Source of the DNA: Serratia phage PCH45 | Sequence record: NC_091964.1 | Length of the DNA stretch: 32,000 nucleotides | Strand: one strand, 5' to 3' | Part shown: positions 1 to 8,736 of the stretch, one piece after another | How positions within the stretch are numbered: position 1 is the first letter of the stretch | Layout of the letters: the number at the start of each line of letters is the position of its first letter | Notes under the pieces: model-generated | What the model was told of the DNA's origin: nothing | The model's input: the letters and a program-made list of their open reading frames with translations, nothing else | Database searches by the model: none | Program-made: the position numbers and the translations under genes

Positions 1-1
1 T

Positions 2-385
2 AATGGCGACATCATTGCTCACCTGGTGAGTATCGATGGTAAGTTGAAGCTCTACCGTCCGTTTGATCCTCGTATTCTTAAAGCCTGTAATAAGGACATC
101 ACTAAAGTTCACGGTGTCGATATCATTTCTTTCAGTAGTAAAGAAGCGGGTATCGGTATTAAGAACTTCCTGGATAACAAGCTCTGTCATGCTATTGCCA
201 GCATTGATGAGCCTCTGTTCGGGGTCAATCCTGAGGCGATCGATGGGTTGGGTTATTGGCTTGCCCTGAAACTGATTATCGATAAGACGCAGCGTAAGTA
301 CCCGGAATACACGCTGGCTGACTTAGTCCGTGTTACTGTCGGTGATAACCCGCGTGATCTTGATGTAGACAATACTGCACCCTGA
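2..385 (+). CDS. 3' end of a gene entering from the left edge (hypothetical protein, last 127 aa)
   Basis: The reading frame is open from nt 2 to TGA 383-385. The track ORF 26-385 is only the part after an internal GTG. Hairpin 399-426 follows. Confidence 0.6.
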   Translation, partial: NGDIIAHLVSIDGKLKLYRPFDPRILKACNKDITKVHGVDIISFSSKEAGIGIKNFLDNKLCHAIASIDEPLFGVNPEAIDGLGYWLALKLIIDKTQRKYPEYTLADLVRVTVGDNPRDLDVDNTAP

Positions 386-388
386 GAC

Positions 389-427
389 AAAAAAAAAAGA
401 AGGAGAGGCCGCAAGGCCTCTCCTTCT
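389..427 (-). terminator. intrinsic terminator for the sheath/tube operon
   Basis: 12 bp GC-rich stem GAAGGAGAGGCC/GGCCTCTCCTTC with a GCAA loop. The A10 run on the plus strand is a T10 run on the minus strand. Confidence 0.75.
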
Positions 428-437
428 GGGGCGGTTA

Positions 438-1304
438 TCAAACAGAGACTGCTTTCGCCGACTCCATGTTCGGGACGTAACCGGTATAGTCGATAGCCTG
501 AACGTCTGCTTCTGCTTTCTGAATCCAAGCAGCGCGGAAGTTCGGGTCGATACCCGTCTGGTTTGCAGCGTCCAGGAAGCGCTGTGCCAACTGACGCACG
601 CCGACACCAACCTGCTGAATACAGGTGAAGGTGATAGAGTGGGTTACACTCTCAGGCGTTGCGGTGATGTCACGGCCGCCCTCTACGCGAGGACCTTGCA
701 TTGGCATCATGTTGGTGCAGAGCCAGGCTTCCACTACCCAACGCTCAGTCGGATCCGGTTCTACAAACAGCACCGTAAAGGCGGTGTAGTCCGGATACAG
801 ACCGTACGGGGTGCTACGACCACGGGACACAACGGCAGGGACGTTGGTTTCCGGGTTGCCCAGGAGGTTGAGGATATAGCCGTTCCAGAAGTACTTAACT
901 GGAGTACCAATCTTCTCAACCCATTCGAACTGTGGTTGCGAGCGATTCCGGCGGACTTTCGCCAGAGTTTGCATCATCTCACCACCGCCACCAAACGGGT
1001 TCTCGGAGTATTCTAACTCCAAGGACTGATCCAACCCGCTGATGGAACGTGGGTGGAGTTCGATGAGCGCTTTGAGGCACGCAAGCCATTTTTCAGGATT
1101 CGGCAGATCTTTGAAACCAGCCGGTCCTTCCATCAGGAATGCGATTACCGGACGACGGGTGTAGTCAGCGGCACCGTGGTAATAACGGATGTCAGTGACG
1201 TAGCCCATCTGGCCGGAATTGGTAAGGTCCGTTACCGGACCCTGGATACCCTCAGCATATGCCTCGTTAGCTTTGAGGATAGTGTTGGCGTCTTTATTAG
1301 CCAT
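438..1304 (-). CDS. putative tail tube protein (288 aa)
   Basis: Lies immediately downstream of the sheath-like gene on the same strand. Its ATG overlaps the sheath TAA by 8 nt, and a GGGAGGA SD sits upstream. Sheath followed by tube is the conserved myovirus order. The assignment rests on position only. Confidence 0.5.
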   Translation of the reverse strand: MANKDANTILKANEAYAEGIQGPVTDLTNSGQMGYVTDIRYYHGAADYTRRPVIAFLMEGPAGFKDLPNPEKWLACLKALIELHPRSISGLDQSLELEYSENPFGGGGEMMQTLAKVRRNRSQPQFEWVEKIGTPVKYFWNGYILNLLGNPETNVPAVVSRGRSTPYGLYPDYTAFTVLFVEPDPTERWVVEAWLCTNMMPMQGPRVEGGRDITATPESVTHSITFTCIQQVGVGVRQLAQRFLDAANQTGIDPNFRAAWIQKAEADVQAIDYTGYVPNMESAKAVSV

Positions 1305-3375
1305 TTAAGTCCTCCCGGCGATACGCGACGGTGTAGGCAGACATTACGGTACGCATCCCGTTTGCACCGATGTCGATCGGGCAGGTCCAGCTGTAACCAC
1401 GATTTTGGTCGAGGCGAGTCAACTGGGAGTGCGGGATAACGTCCATGCGGTCATCCATGGCACCGGCCGACTTGTTCTTGATCGATTCGTCGGAACGTTC
1501 GATCAGCTGAGCATCTTTCAGCTTCTGGTTGCCGGTCAGGTCACGCCAGGTTTCCCAAGCATAACGCGCCAGCTGCGCAACACACAGACCAACGATAGCT
1601 GAATTCAGGACCGAAGTCTGATCAGTATAGAAGGACTGCATACCAGGATAGAACAGGCGGTTGTTGTGGTCGTAATCTTCCACGTACACAACAGACTGGG
1701 ACCACAGACGGCGTTTGTTACGCCAGGTCTTATCGATCACGTTCAGACCTTTAACTTCAGTAACGATGTAGTTACCGTTGTCAGAGGTATCCGGTGCACG
1801 ATCCGGCGACAGGATGCCAGAATCCAACGCGCCGTAACGCATCAGTTTATAGGCAAGGTCAATCGCCAGTACAGCTGAGACGCGGCGTGAAGTACCCGCG
1901 AGCTGACCGACGTGTCCTACCAGCGCACCACGGAACGGAGGAGTTGCGTACTCCACACTATCCGGGAACATCTGAAGACGAGTGAGAATAGAAGACGCGA
2001 TAGACTCCTCAGACTCTTCGTCATTCGGAGAGCGGCTGATATCCTGTGTAGAAAGGATCAGATAGCTGTCCTGACGTTTGTTCAACAGGTTCATCAGCGA
2101 GTACTTGGTGCTCAGAGAGAAACCAGAATCGCAGAAGAAGTTGAACGGGAAACGTGCGACGTTATCCAGACGAACACCCGGAGCGGAAAGGTCATCGAAG
2201 ATTTCCTTAACCAGCGAATCCAGAGTCGCGTTGGACATGGTGCCGTCATTACCGCCTTCGAACCAGTAGTTCGCGTTTTCGGTAAACATGATAGAACCGC
2301 TGTTCATACCTTCCAACTGGACGGTGTGATACGGAACATCTTCAACGGTGCAACCACCGAAGAAGTTTACCTGGAGGTAATCTTTGTCGCCAGTGCCGAC
2401 AGTACCGAACGGAGATTCAGTTGCCTGAATGTCTTTCAGTACCGGGTTCAGATAGTTGCGGTAAAGGTGGAAATCACCAACCTGCGAACGCTGGTAGTAC
2501 TCAGCGCTATCATCTTCCCAGCCACCCGGCAGACGAGCGTCCATATCCAGAACAACGTCACCATCCTGAGTGGAGATAACGCCTTCGCCGAAGCTGAAGG
2601 TAGTCGACACTTGGTCGAATTTGTTAGGGATAACTTTCGGTGCTTCGAATACCGAAGGACGACGGACCAGCTTCATGCGGTTGATGAAGCTACCCACTTC
2701 TTCGTTCAGATCCGGATTACCCGGCACAGCAGAAGAAACGGTAGGTGCCCACATGCAGATACCGAGGTTGTTACCTTCGGAACCGAAGTCGGCTACAACA
2801 CCATCGGCCAGCGGGAAGCGGCGCGATTTTTCGCCAGCAATGGTGGAGGTCATTACACCGTCGGAAGGCTCACGCTTACCGAACAGGCTGACACCATTTT
2901 TATCCAGCGGAACAACAGTTTTGAAGAACGCGTAGCGATAGCCTACGACGGTTTCACCAGTGTCGATCAACGCACCCTGGTTATCACGGACATAGTTACC
3001 GGAATCGTCGCGCTCGTAGACCGGGAGATTGTCTTTAACGATCTCAAAGTCGAATGCGATTGTTGCTTCAGGTGCCGCATCTTTCGGACGCAGGCGCCAG
3101 AAGATACCGCGAGTTGCTGCCTTGATCGCACGACTGATATAAGTCATTGCGTGGGTAGCGTATTTGGAGTCAAAATCGATAACCTCTTCGCCGTAAGACG
3201 AAATGATTTCCGAAGTCGCCATCCACGCCGGGCCTTCTTTACCCATAGGGGAGAAGCCGAACATGATCGGACGAACAAACGGAAGGGGCGTGTTAGCCAG
3301 GCTGACCGGGCCTGCTGACTTATCCAACGTCCCTAACCAATAAAGACCCGGAGTCGAGCTGGTAATCTGCTCCAT
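1297..3375 (-). CDS. putative contractile tail sheath protein (about 692 aa)
   Basis: This is the long, clean minus-strand ORF; the opposite-strand 468 aa ORF is Arg-rich junk. The size matches my recollection of the roughly 695 aa phiKZ sheath, which I could not check. The likely start is ATG at 3375 (MEQITS), with GGAG 6 nt upstream, rather than the track TTG at 3387. Confidence 0.6.
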   Translation of the reverse strand: MEQITSSTPGLYWLGTLDKSAGPVSLANTPLPFVRPIMFGFSPMGKEGPAWMATSEIISSYGEEVIDFDSKYATHAMTYISRAIKAATRGIFWRLRPKDAAPEATIAFDFEIVKDNLPVYERDDSGNYVRDNQGALIDTGETVVGYRYAFFKTVVPLDKNGVSLFGKREPSDGVMTSTIAGEKSRRFPLADGVVADFGSEGNNLGICMWAPTVSSAVPGNPDLNEEVGSFINRMKLVRRPSVFEAPKVIPNKFDQVSTTFSFGEGVISTQDGDVVLDMDARLPGGWEDDSAEYYQRSQVGDFHLYRNYLNPVLKDIQATESPFGTVGTGDKDYLQVNFFGGCTVEDVPYHTVQLEGMNSGSIMFTENANYWFEGGNDGTMSNATLDSLVKEIFDDLSAPGVRLDNVARFPFNFFCDSGFSLSTKYSLMNLLNKRQDSYLILSTQDISRSPNDEESEESIASSILTRLQMFPDSVEYATPPFRGALVGHVGQLAGTSRRVSAVLAIDLAYKLMRYGALDSGILSPDRAPDTSDNGNYIVTEVKGLNVIDKTWRNKRRLWSQSVVYVEDYDHNNRLFYPGMQSFYTDQTSVLNSAIVGLCVAQLARYAWETWRDLTGNQKLKDAQLIERSDESIKNKSAGAMDDRMDVIPHSQLTRLDQNRGYSWTCPIDIGANGMRTVMSAYTVAYRREDLNG

Positions 3376-3412
3376 CTTTATCTCCAACTAATTAGTTTAG
3401 GTCAAGACCACG

Positions 3413-3438
3413 TAGTATGTACATAATACGTCATACTA
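3413..3438. promoter_or_regulatory. inverted repeat TAGTATG-N12-CATACTA in the divergent sheath / 309 aa intergenic region; candidate pair of divergent late promoters
   Basis: Perfect 7 nt arms. Each arm presents TAGTATG toward one gene, 57 nt and 61 nt upstream of the respective ATG. TATG is, as I recall, the core reported for phiKZ late promoters. Confidence 0.4.
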
Positions 3439-3479
3439 TTCGAACAGTTAACAGTCAAAATTAACGGAGTGAACAAATA

Positions 3480-4409
3480 ATGTTTCGAACCGCGTATAGC
3501 ACTAACGCTGCTTCTTCCTTCATGAGCCCTGAGATTTTGGGTCAGTTGGCTATTGCTTCGGCAGAGGGAACGTTAGTTAAAATTGATCCTAAAGTACCTT
3601 CCCTTCTCGCTCTGATTGACCGCGGCCCGCGTGGTAAAGAAATACCTCCGTTCGAGCACCCTGTTCACATTACAGGGAAAACTAGTAGTCACAGTGATCG
3701 CGGTTACTGGGTTATCGATATGCGTCCTTATGCTGGTCGCATTACGACACAAGATGGTGGATTCCTTGTCCCCGCTGATAGCCCCGCAGCGTTACTGATT
3801 CTGCGAGCTAAGGTTGAGATGTTCTGGAACCAACAGAGCCCTGGTGAAATGATGTTCTGGGGAGATCTTCCTTTTGTCGTATTTGCTCGCTGGTTGACTG
3901 GTACGCTAAAAAACCGTTTAGCTCTGGGACCGGATGATATTGCGCATGTCCAGGTTATCTCTGCGTACTACTTCTTCAACCTTTTCTACGAAGAAGGTGA
4001 TTTCGGTGCTAAGCAAAAACAAGCAGCTGCACTGAAGATCAACCGCATGCTCGGTATTCCGTTGGAGCGTGTACAAGGTTGGCTCCAGCCACTGGACTAC
4101 ATGGGCAACCTGAACGACCTTGCCCTGCGTCTCACTGAACAAGTTGATAACCCGGCTGTTCGTCTGATCGATGCTAAGTATCTGATCAATGCTACAATGA
4201 ACTCCTGGTTTGGTTCTGCTGACAGTCGCGCACTGATCGCAGTATCGCTCGAATTTCCTCCTGCCTTTATTGCAATGATTCTTGCCTGTGGTAATACGTC
4301 GCAGTACAAGAAGTCTGCAATCGGGGAAGCAGTAGAGCGTGAGAAAGCCAAATGGCGTTTCAATGAATACCAGCGTCTGGCGTTGGATGCCCTCAAATCC
4401 CTCAATTAA
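3480..4409 (+). CDS. hypothetical protein, 309 aa (likely virion or tail-associated by position)
   Basis: ATG with GGAG upstream. Transcribed divergently from the sheath gene and first of three tightly packed genes. No motif recognised. Confidence 0.7.
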   Translation: MFRTAYSTNAASSFMSPEILGQLAIASAEGTLVKIDPKVPSLLALIDRGPRGKEIPPFEHPVHITGKTSSHSDRGYWVIDMRPYAGRITTQDGGFLVPADSPAALLILRAKVEMFWNQQSPGEMMFWGDLPFVVFARWLTGTLKNRLALGPDDIAHVQVISAYYFFNLFYEEGDFGAKQKQAAALKINRMLGIPLERVQGWLQPLDYMGNLNDLALRLTEQVDNPAVRLIDAKYLINATMNSWFGSADSRALIAVSLEFPPAFIAMILACGNTSQYKKSAIGEAVEREKAKWRFNEYQRLALDALKSLN

Positions 4410-4419
4410 AAGGTGAGTT

Positions 4420-6954
4420 ATGATCACTGATTTCCTCCAGGCGTACGTCGCCAAAAATATTTGGTGCGCGCCTTTCCAGGACAATCAGGTAATTCTGAAA
4501 CTCAGCAGGATGTCATTCCCATCAGGTACGGATAAACATACCGATATCTGGTGGGACGACATTACGTTACCTGATAAGACCAGTAAATGGACGATCTACA
4601 ACATCGGCCAAAACACTGCCTGGCGTACTAACTTACCAATGAAGAAAATGAAGTGGATGCCTCTGGCCTATTGGGGACAGCAGAACAAAACCATCTTCGA
4701 TCTTTATTTCAATAACGGTAAAAAGGTTCCGGCCTACCAGGCTTATGTATTGTTGACGGAAGACCAGGATTATGTTCTGGCTGTTCGCATGGCGGAAAAC
4801 TATTACAGCCTGATCAACAATACCCTTTATCTTCGTGCCTATCGTAACGGCTTCTGGAGTTCCGATCGCAGTGACTACTACCCTTACACGGTAGAGTACG
4901 GCGGCGGACGGGCAATGACTAAACAGCTTATTACCGAATACGCGCAGGACATTGCTATACTGCGACGTTATCCGGGTGTCGTGAACGTATTCCTTAACGG
5001 TGAGTGGGTTGATAATATCGACAACGCTCGTGTTAAGATTGGCGATTACGTTGAATACGTACATGACGGTTCAGTTGCGCGCATTGTTGACTTTAAAGTC
5101 ACCTCTCTGCGTGATTACCTTTCGGTACTGGACGGGGTACAGAAGTACCTCCTGCATCCGCCGAAAGAAAAGAACGGCGTTATCCGCTATCGCGATGATA
5201 TTGACCTGTTCCTTTATAAGCGTAATACCGATGGTACGCTGAAAGGTCGTTATTATCATCGTAACACGGAGAACTCTCTTCGCATGATTACCCATGCGGA
5301 TTACGGAATTCCGGTCGCTACGATTATGTCGTACGTTCAGGATCCGAAAGACCCGTGGGCTAAACGTGAAGATCTTTATCTGCGTTTGCACATCCGTGAT
5401 TCAGGGTACGCTCGTCCTTTAGTGGATGAACACACTCACCTGAAAGAGCTGTACCGGATGACCGACCTTGAAATAGCCCGTGCTCTTCTCGGTATCGATG
5501 CCACGTTGGATGAATGGTATGCGCCGAAGTTAGAGCAATCGTATTACACTGAAGTAATGCGTAAATGGTGGCCTCCATTCGACTACATGAAAATGCTGTC
5601 GATGTTGGGTTACGATGCACTGGCTAAGCTATTGTCGGACAGCCCTATTGATGTCCAGGTAGACGGTGGCGTTAAGATTATCCCGATGGGCGCAGGTCAG
5701 CAATCAGATGCAACTGTATTTGAGTACGATGCTGACGGTCTGTTCCTTGGCTGGTACTATCACAGCACTGGTGATGCGTATATTGTTCGTAATGACAGTT
5801 GTGCATTCGGGGAAATCTATTTGGGCCAAGGCAACAAGATCCTTGATTGGGTTCCTGGTAACAACGATTATTCGTTACTGGGCGGTCGTATGTATCGCTT
5901 CTATTACTGCGACAAGATTAAGGATGTCCCGACGCTTGAATATAAGGTCGCGGTCGAGGGTGTCAACTATGCTATTGATAATGGTGTAGTGAAGTGGATT
6001 CATTCCAAGACCAGTAAAGAAGGTTTGATCTGGTCGGATAAACGCTTCCTTATTAACGACGTGAAATGGCAGGCTCAGTCTGGGGTATATCGATTACAGA
6101 TTAACCACAGCAAGACAAATGCAACACCGTTGCCTATTCCTACCGAGAAGCTCATGCTTCTGATTAACGGTAAGTCGGCGGTCGAAGGTGTTGACTATTA
6201 TGTTCGCTGGCCAGAGATCATGGTCGTTTCTAAGACCTTGCTACATTTCGATAAGATCAACACCTTTACGATTGTTGGTCAGGGAATGTCGAAGGACTTG
6301 ATGCGGTCCACGCCGAAAGACGTCGGGTTTGCCTTCAAAGGGATTCTGTCAGTCAACGATCGTTTCGATCTGCGCGATGACCGGGTGATGCGCTTTGTGG
6401 TTGACGGTAAAGTAAAACGTCGTAAGGATGTTTACTTCGCTGAAGACTATCCTAGCGAGAACCTTCCGCTGGCGCGTAACGGCGCGATCTATGAATCTTC
6501 TCCGGTATATGTTCCTATCCGTGATTTGACCTTCGAGCAGATGGACAAGTTGCGTAGCGAGCAAGAAGACTTCAACAGTCGTCTGGAGGACTTCCTGACT
6601 GTCCGCCACCCGCAGCCTAAGATCGATGGACCTAACCCGATCAAGGCACGCTACCAGCTCTATAGCCCGATGCTGACTCAGATGTTGTATGACATCCAGG
6701 AAGGTACTCTGGTTGTTCCAGTGGTTCCGGAGAATATGGATGACTTGCAACGTGCGATGCGTCCTTATCTAGATTTCCTGGACTTCGAGCCAACGCTTGT
6801 GGGTATCAACCCCAACTACGTGATTGTCGTACCCCATCCGTTCGATAATATGGCGGAAGTTAACGAGCGTACTTACCGTTTCTTTGAGATGGTAGTCAAG
6901 ACGTACTTGAAGGGTGCTATCGACATTAATACTCACTTCATGATTAAGGGCTGA
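4420..6954 (+). CDS. hypothetical large protein, 844 aa (likely virion structural by position)
   Basis: ATG lies 10 nt after the previous stop, with an AAGGTGAG SD. The frame is clean and uninterrupted. No motif recognised. Confidence 0.75.
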   Translation: MITDFLQAYVAKNIWCAPFQDNQVILKLSRMSFPSGTDKHTDIWWDDITLPDKTSKWTIYNIGQNTAWRTNLPMKKMKWMPLAYWGQQNKTIFDLYFNNGKKVPAYQAYVLLTEDQDYVLAVRMAENYYSLINNTLYLRAYRNGFWSSDRSDYYPYTVEYGGGRAMTKQLITEYAQDIAILRRYPGVVNVFLNGEWVDNIDNARVKIGDYVEYVHDGSVARIVDFKVTSLRDYLSVLDGVQKYLLHPPKEKNGVIRYRDDIDLFLYKRNTDGTLKGRYYHRNTENSLRMITHADYGIPVATIMSYVQDPKDPWAKREDLYLRLHIRDSGYARPLVDEHTHLKELYRMTDLEIARALLGIDATLDEWYAPKLEQSYYTEVMRKWWPPFDYMKMLSMLGYDALAKLLSDSPIDVQVDGGVKIIPMGAGQQSDATVFEYDADGLFLGWYYHSTGDAYIVRNDSCAFGEIYLGQGNKILDWVPGNNDYSLLGGRMYRFYYCDKIKDVPTLEYKVAVEGVNYAIDNGVVKWIHSKTSKEGLIWSDKRFLINDVKWQAQSGVYRLQINHSKTNATPLPIPTEKLMLLINGKSAVEGVDYYVRWPEIMVVSKTLLHFDKINTFTIVGQGMSKDLMRSTPKDVGFAFKGILSVNDRFDLRDDRVMRFVVDGKVKRRKDVYFAEDYPSENLPLARNGAIYESSPVYVPIRDLTFEQMDKLRSEQEDFNSRLEDFLTVRHPQPKIDGPNPIKARYQLYSPMLTQMLYDIQEGTLVVPVVPENMDDLQRAMRPYLDFLDFEPTLVGINPNYVIVVPHPFDNMAEVNERTYRFFEMVVKTYLKGAIDINTHFMIKG

Positions 6955-6956
6955 CA

Positions 6957-8687
6957 ATGGCAGCGGTAATTAATACTAACGACTTTGGCGTTCGTTACGC
7001 TACTGCGTTGACGGTAGAGACGCCTGATGACGTCCCCGTATGGGATCCGGAAGGGCTCCATAAAGAGTGGGGCGACTGGGAAGTCTACATGGGTAAGGAC
7101 AAGATCGGTGAAGGTAAGAAGGGACGTTTCGTCCCTAACCTCTACGATAAGGTCTGGGGCCCGGTAACAGGAACTCGCTACGTTAAGGAGCTGAACCCTA
7201 CTACACTTATTCCTGTACTGGAACGTGCGGTAGAACCAGTTATCGGTGGTGCTGATTCTAAGGACTGGTTACTGGGTGTAGGTGACCGTTGGCCTCAACA
7301 GGGCTTCTTCATCTACGCTGATAACTCGCAGACGATTCCTCGTATCTCTGTCGATGCGCAGGCGATCTTCCGTCATCCGAGCATCAGTTACTTCCGTCTG
7401 TACGGTACGGACCCGAATAACCAGAACGAAGTGCTATCGGCATGGTATAACCAGTCTGGTGAATACATCGATAACCAAATCCCTCGTCTGTTGGTCGAAT
7501 CGACCCATAGCCCTGACGGTTATCAGTACTACGTACCTGAAGTGTTCTGGGGAACTCGTCAGCTGAAAGAAGGTGAGGAAGTTAAGCTCATCGGATACAG
7601 TGCTGAGAACTCAGAGATCTCAGAAGCAGTGTTCGTGGTACGTCTGGGTAACAATGTCCGTCGTGGTAATCAGCCGGTGCGGCGTATTGCTTCTATCGAA
7701 CTGCGCTGTCCGTATCTGTCGACCACTGAGGAAAACCGTATTCGTATTCCTACCGGGACTAACATTGCCTCTGTTGCGATGATGTGCCGGTTGAACTACG
7801 AGAACGGCCAGTGGATCGATATTCCAATCGATGGCGTTAAAGTTCGTCTCCAGGGCCTGGAAGAAACTGTTTCCAGTTCCCCTGGTAAACTGCGTGACAT
7901 TATCCTCTACTATTACATGGGCGAGGGCGAGGTCTACGTAGGCTCTGATACGAACGACGGTAAAGCGATGGTTAAGGTCTACACCGTGGAAGTGGATCCT
8001 ACTCAAGAAACTTACGGCTTCAAGCTGTTTGGTTATCCGAGCTGGGTCAACGCTAACAACGGTTATGCGATCTTCTGGTTCCTACACGACTACGATCATA
8101 GCCAGGTCTACGATGTTACTAACATGGTGGAACTTACTGCTAACTCTGCTGAATGGGATCCGTTCCTGTACGGTAGTAAGCAGTACCTGCGCGTGGCACT
8201 TGACGTCGAGAAGGTTGATCCTCGCTACAGCACTTACCGTCATGCACAGACGATTCAGTTCACTCTGATGCAGGCCGGTCTGGTTGATACGCTCAATCAC
8301 TGGCGCGTATACTTTGAGGATGGTCAGGCTCCTGGTTACGGCGATGGTTGCCGTGCAGACCTTACCTACGTATCTTCACAAGTCTGGACGGGTGATCTCA
8401 CCTGTGGTTGTAAGACTCTGGATGAATGGCTGGATAAGCTGTACTACCGCACACTCCCGCTGTTTGATCCAACCACTGAGCAGGCGCCATCTGTACCGAC
8501 TCACTTCGTTTACACCATCCGTGGTCAACGTTATCGTCATCCTCTGTCTGACTGGAACCAGGTTATTCGTACTGCGACCGGCGGATCTGAAGGTGAAACT
8601 TCCGTTATCCACTTTATCTCTAGCGAGAATGGTGTAGACCTGTACCTGAGTACGGCTGGTCTGTTCACTCACCAAATCATTACTTAA
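6957..8687 (+). CDS. hypothetical protein, 576 aa (likely virion structural by position)
   Basis: ATG lies 2 nt after the previous TGA. A strong terminator at 8693-8722 follows. No motif recognised. Confidence 0.75.
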   Translation: MAAVINTNDFGVRYATALTVETPDDVPVWDPEGLHKEWGDWEVYMGKDKIGEGKKGRFVPNLYDKVWGPVTGTRYVKELNPTTLIPVLERAVEPVIGGADSKDWLLGVGDRWPQQGFFIYADNSQTIPRISVDAQAIFRHPSISYFRLYGTDPNNQNEVLSAWYNQSGEYIDNQIPRLLVESTHSPDGYQYYVPEVFWGTRQLKEGEEVKLIGYSAENSEISEAVFVVRLGNNVRRGNQPVRRIASIELRCPYLSTTEENRIRIPTGTNIASVAMMCRLNYENGQWIDIPIDGVKVRLQGLEETVSSSPGKLRDIILYYYMGEGEVYVGSDTNDGKAMVKVYTVEVDPTQETYGFKLFGYPSWVNANNGYAIFWFLHDYDHSQVYDVTNMVELTANSAEWDPFLYGSKQYLRVALDVEKVDPRYSTYRHAQTIQFTLMQAGLVDTLNHWRVYFEDGQAPGYGDGCRADLTYVSSQVWTGDLTCGCKTLDEWLDKLYYRTLPLFDPTTEQAPSVPTHFVYTIRGQRYRHPLSDWNQVIRTATGGSEGETSVIHFISSENGVDLYLSTAGLFTHQIIT

Positions 8688-8692
8688 GTTAC

Positions 8693-8722
8693 CAGAGGAG
8701 GGCTTCGGCTCTCCTCTGTTTT
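8693..8722 (+). terminator. intrinsic terminator
   Basis: 11 bp stem, TTCG tetraloop, then TTTT. Lies between the 576 aa gene and terL. Confidence 0.65.
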
Positions 8723-8736
8723 AAGGAGTTCTCGTC

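Noticed and set aside
1912-3318. 468 aa plus-strand ORF (with others at 639-1016 and 1053-1439) opposite the sheath and tube genes
   Set aside because: The composition is Arg-rich and low-complexity, there is no SD, and it is fully nested antisense to a much longer ORF with better composition. This is a typical shadow ORF caused by codon bias.
6957-8687. 576 aa ORF considered as the nuclear-shell protein chimallin because of its size
   Set aside because: It sits inside the tail and terminase module, translationally packed with structural-looking genes. I recognise no motif that links it to chimallin, and size alone is not evidence.
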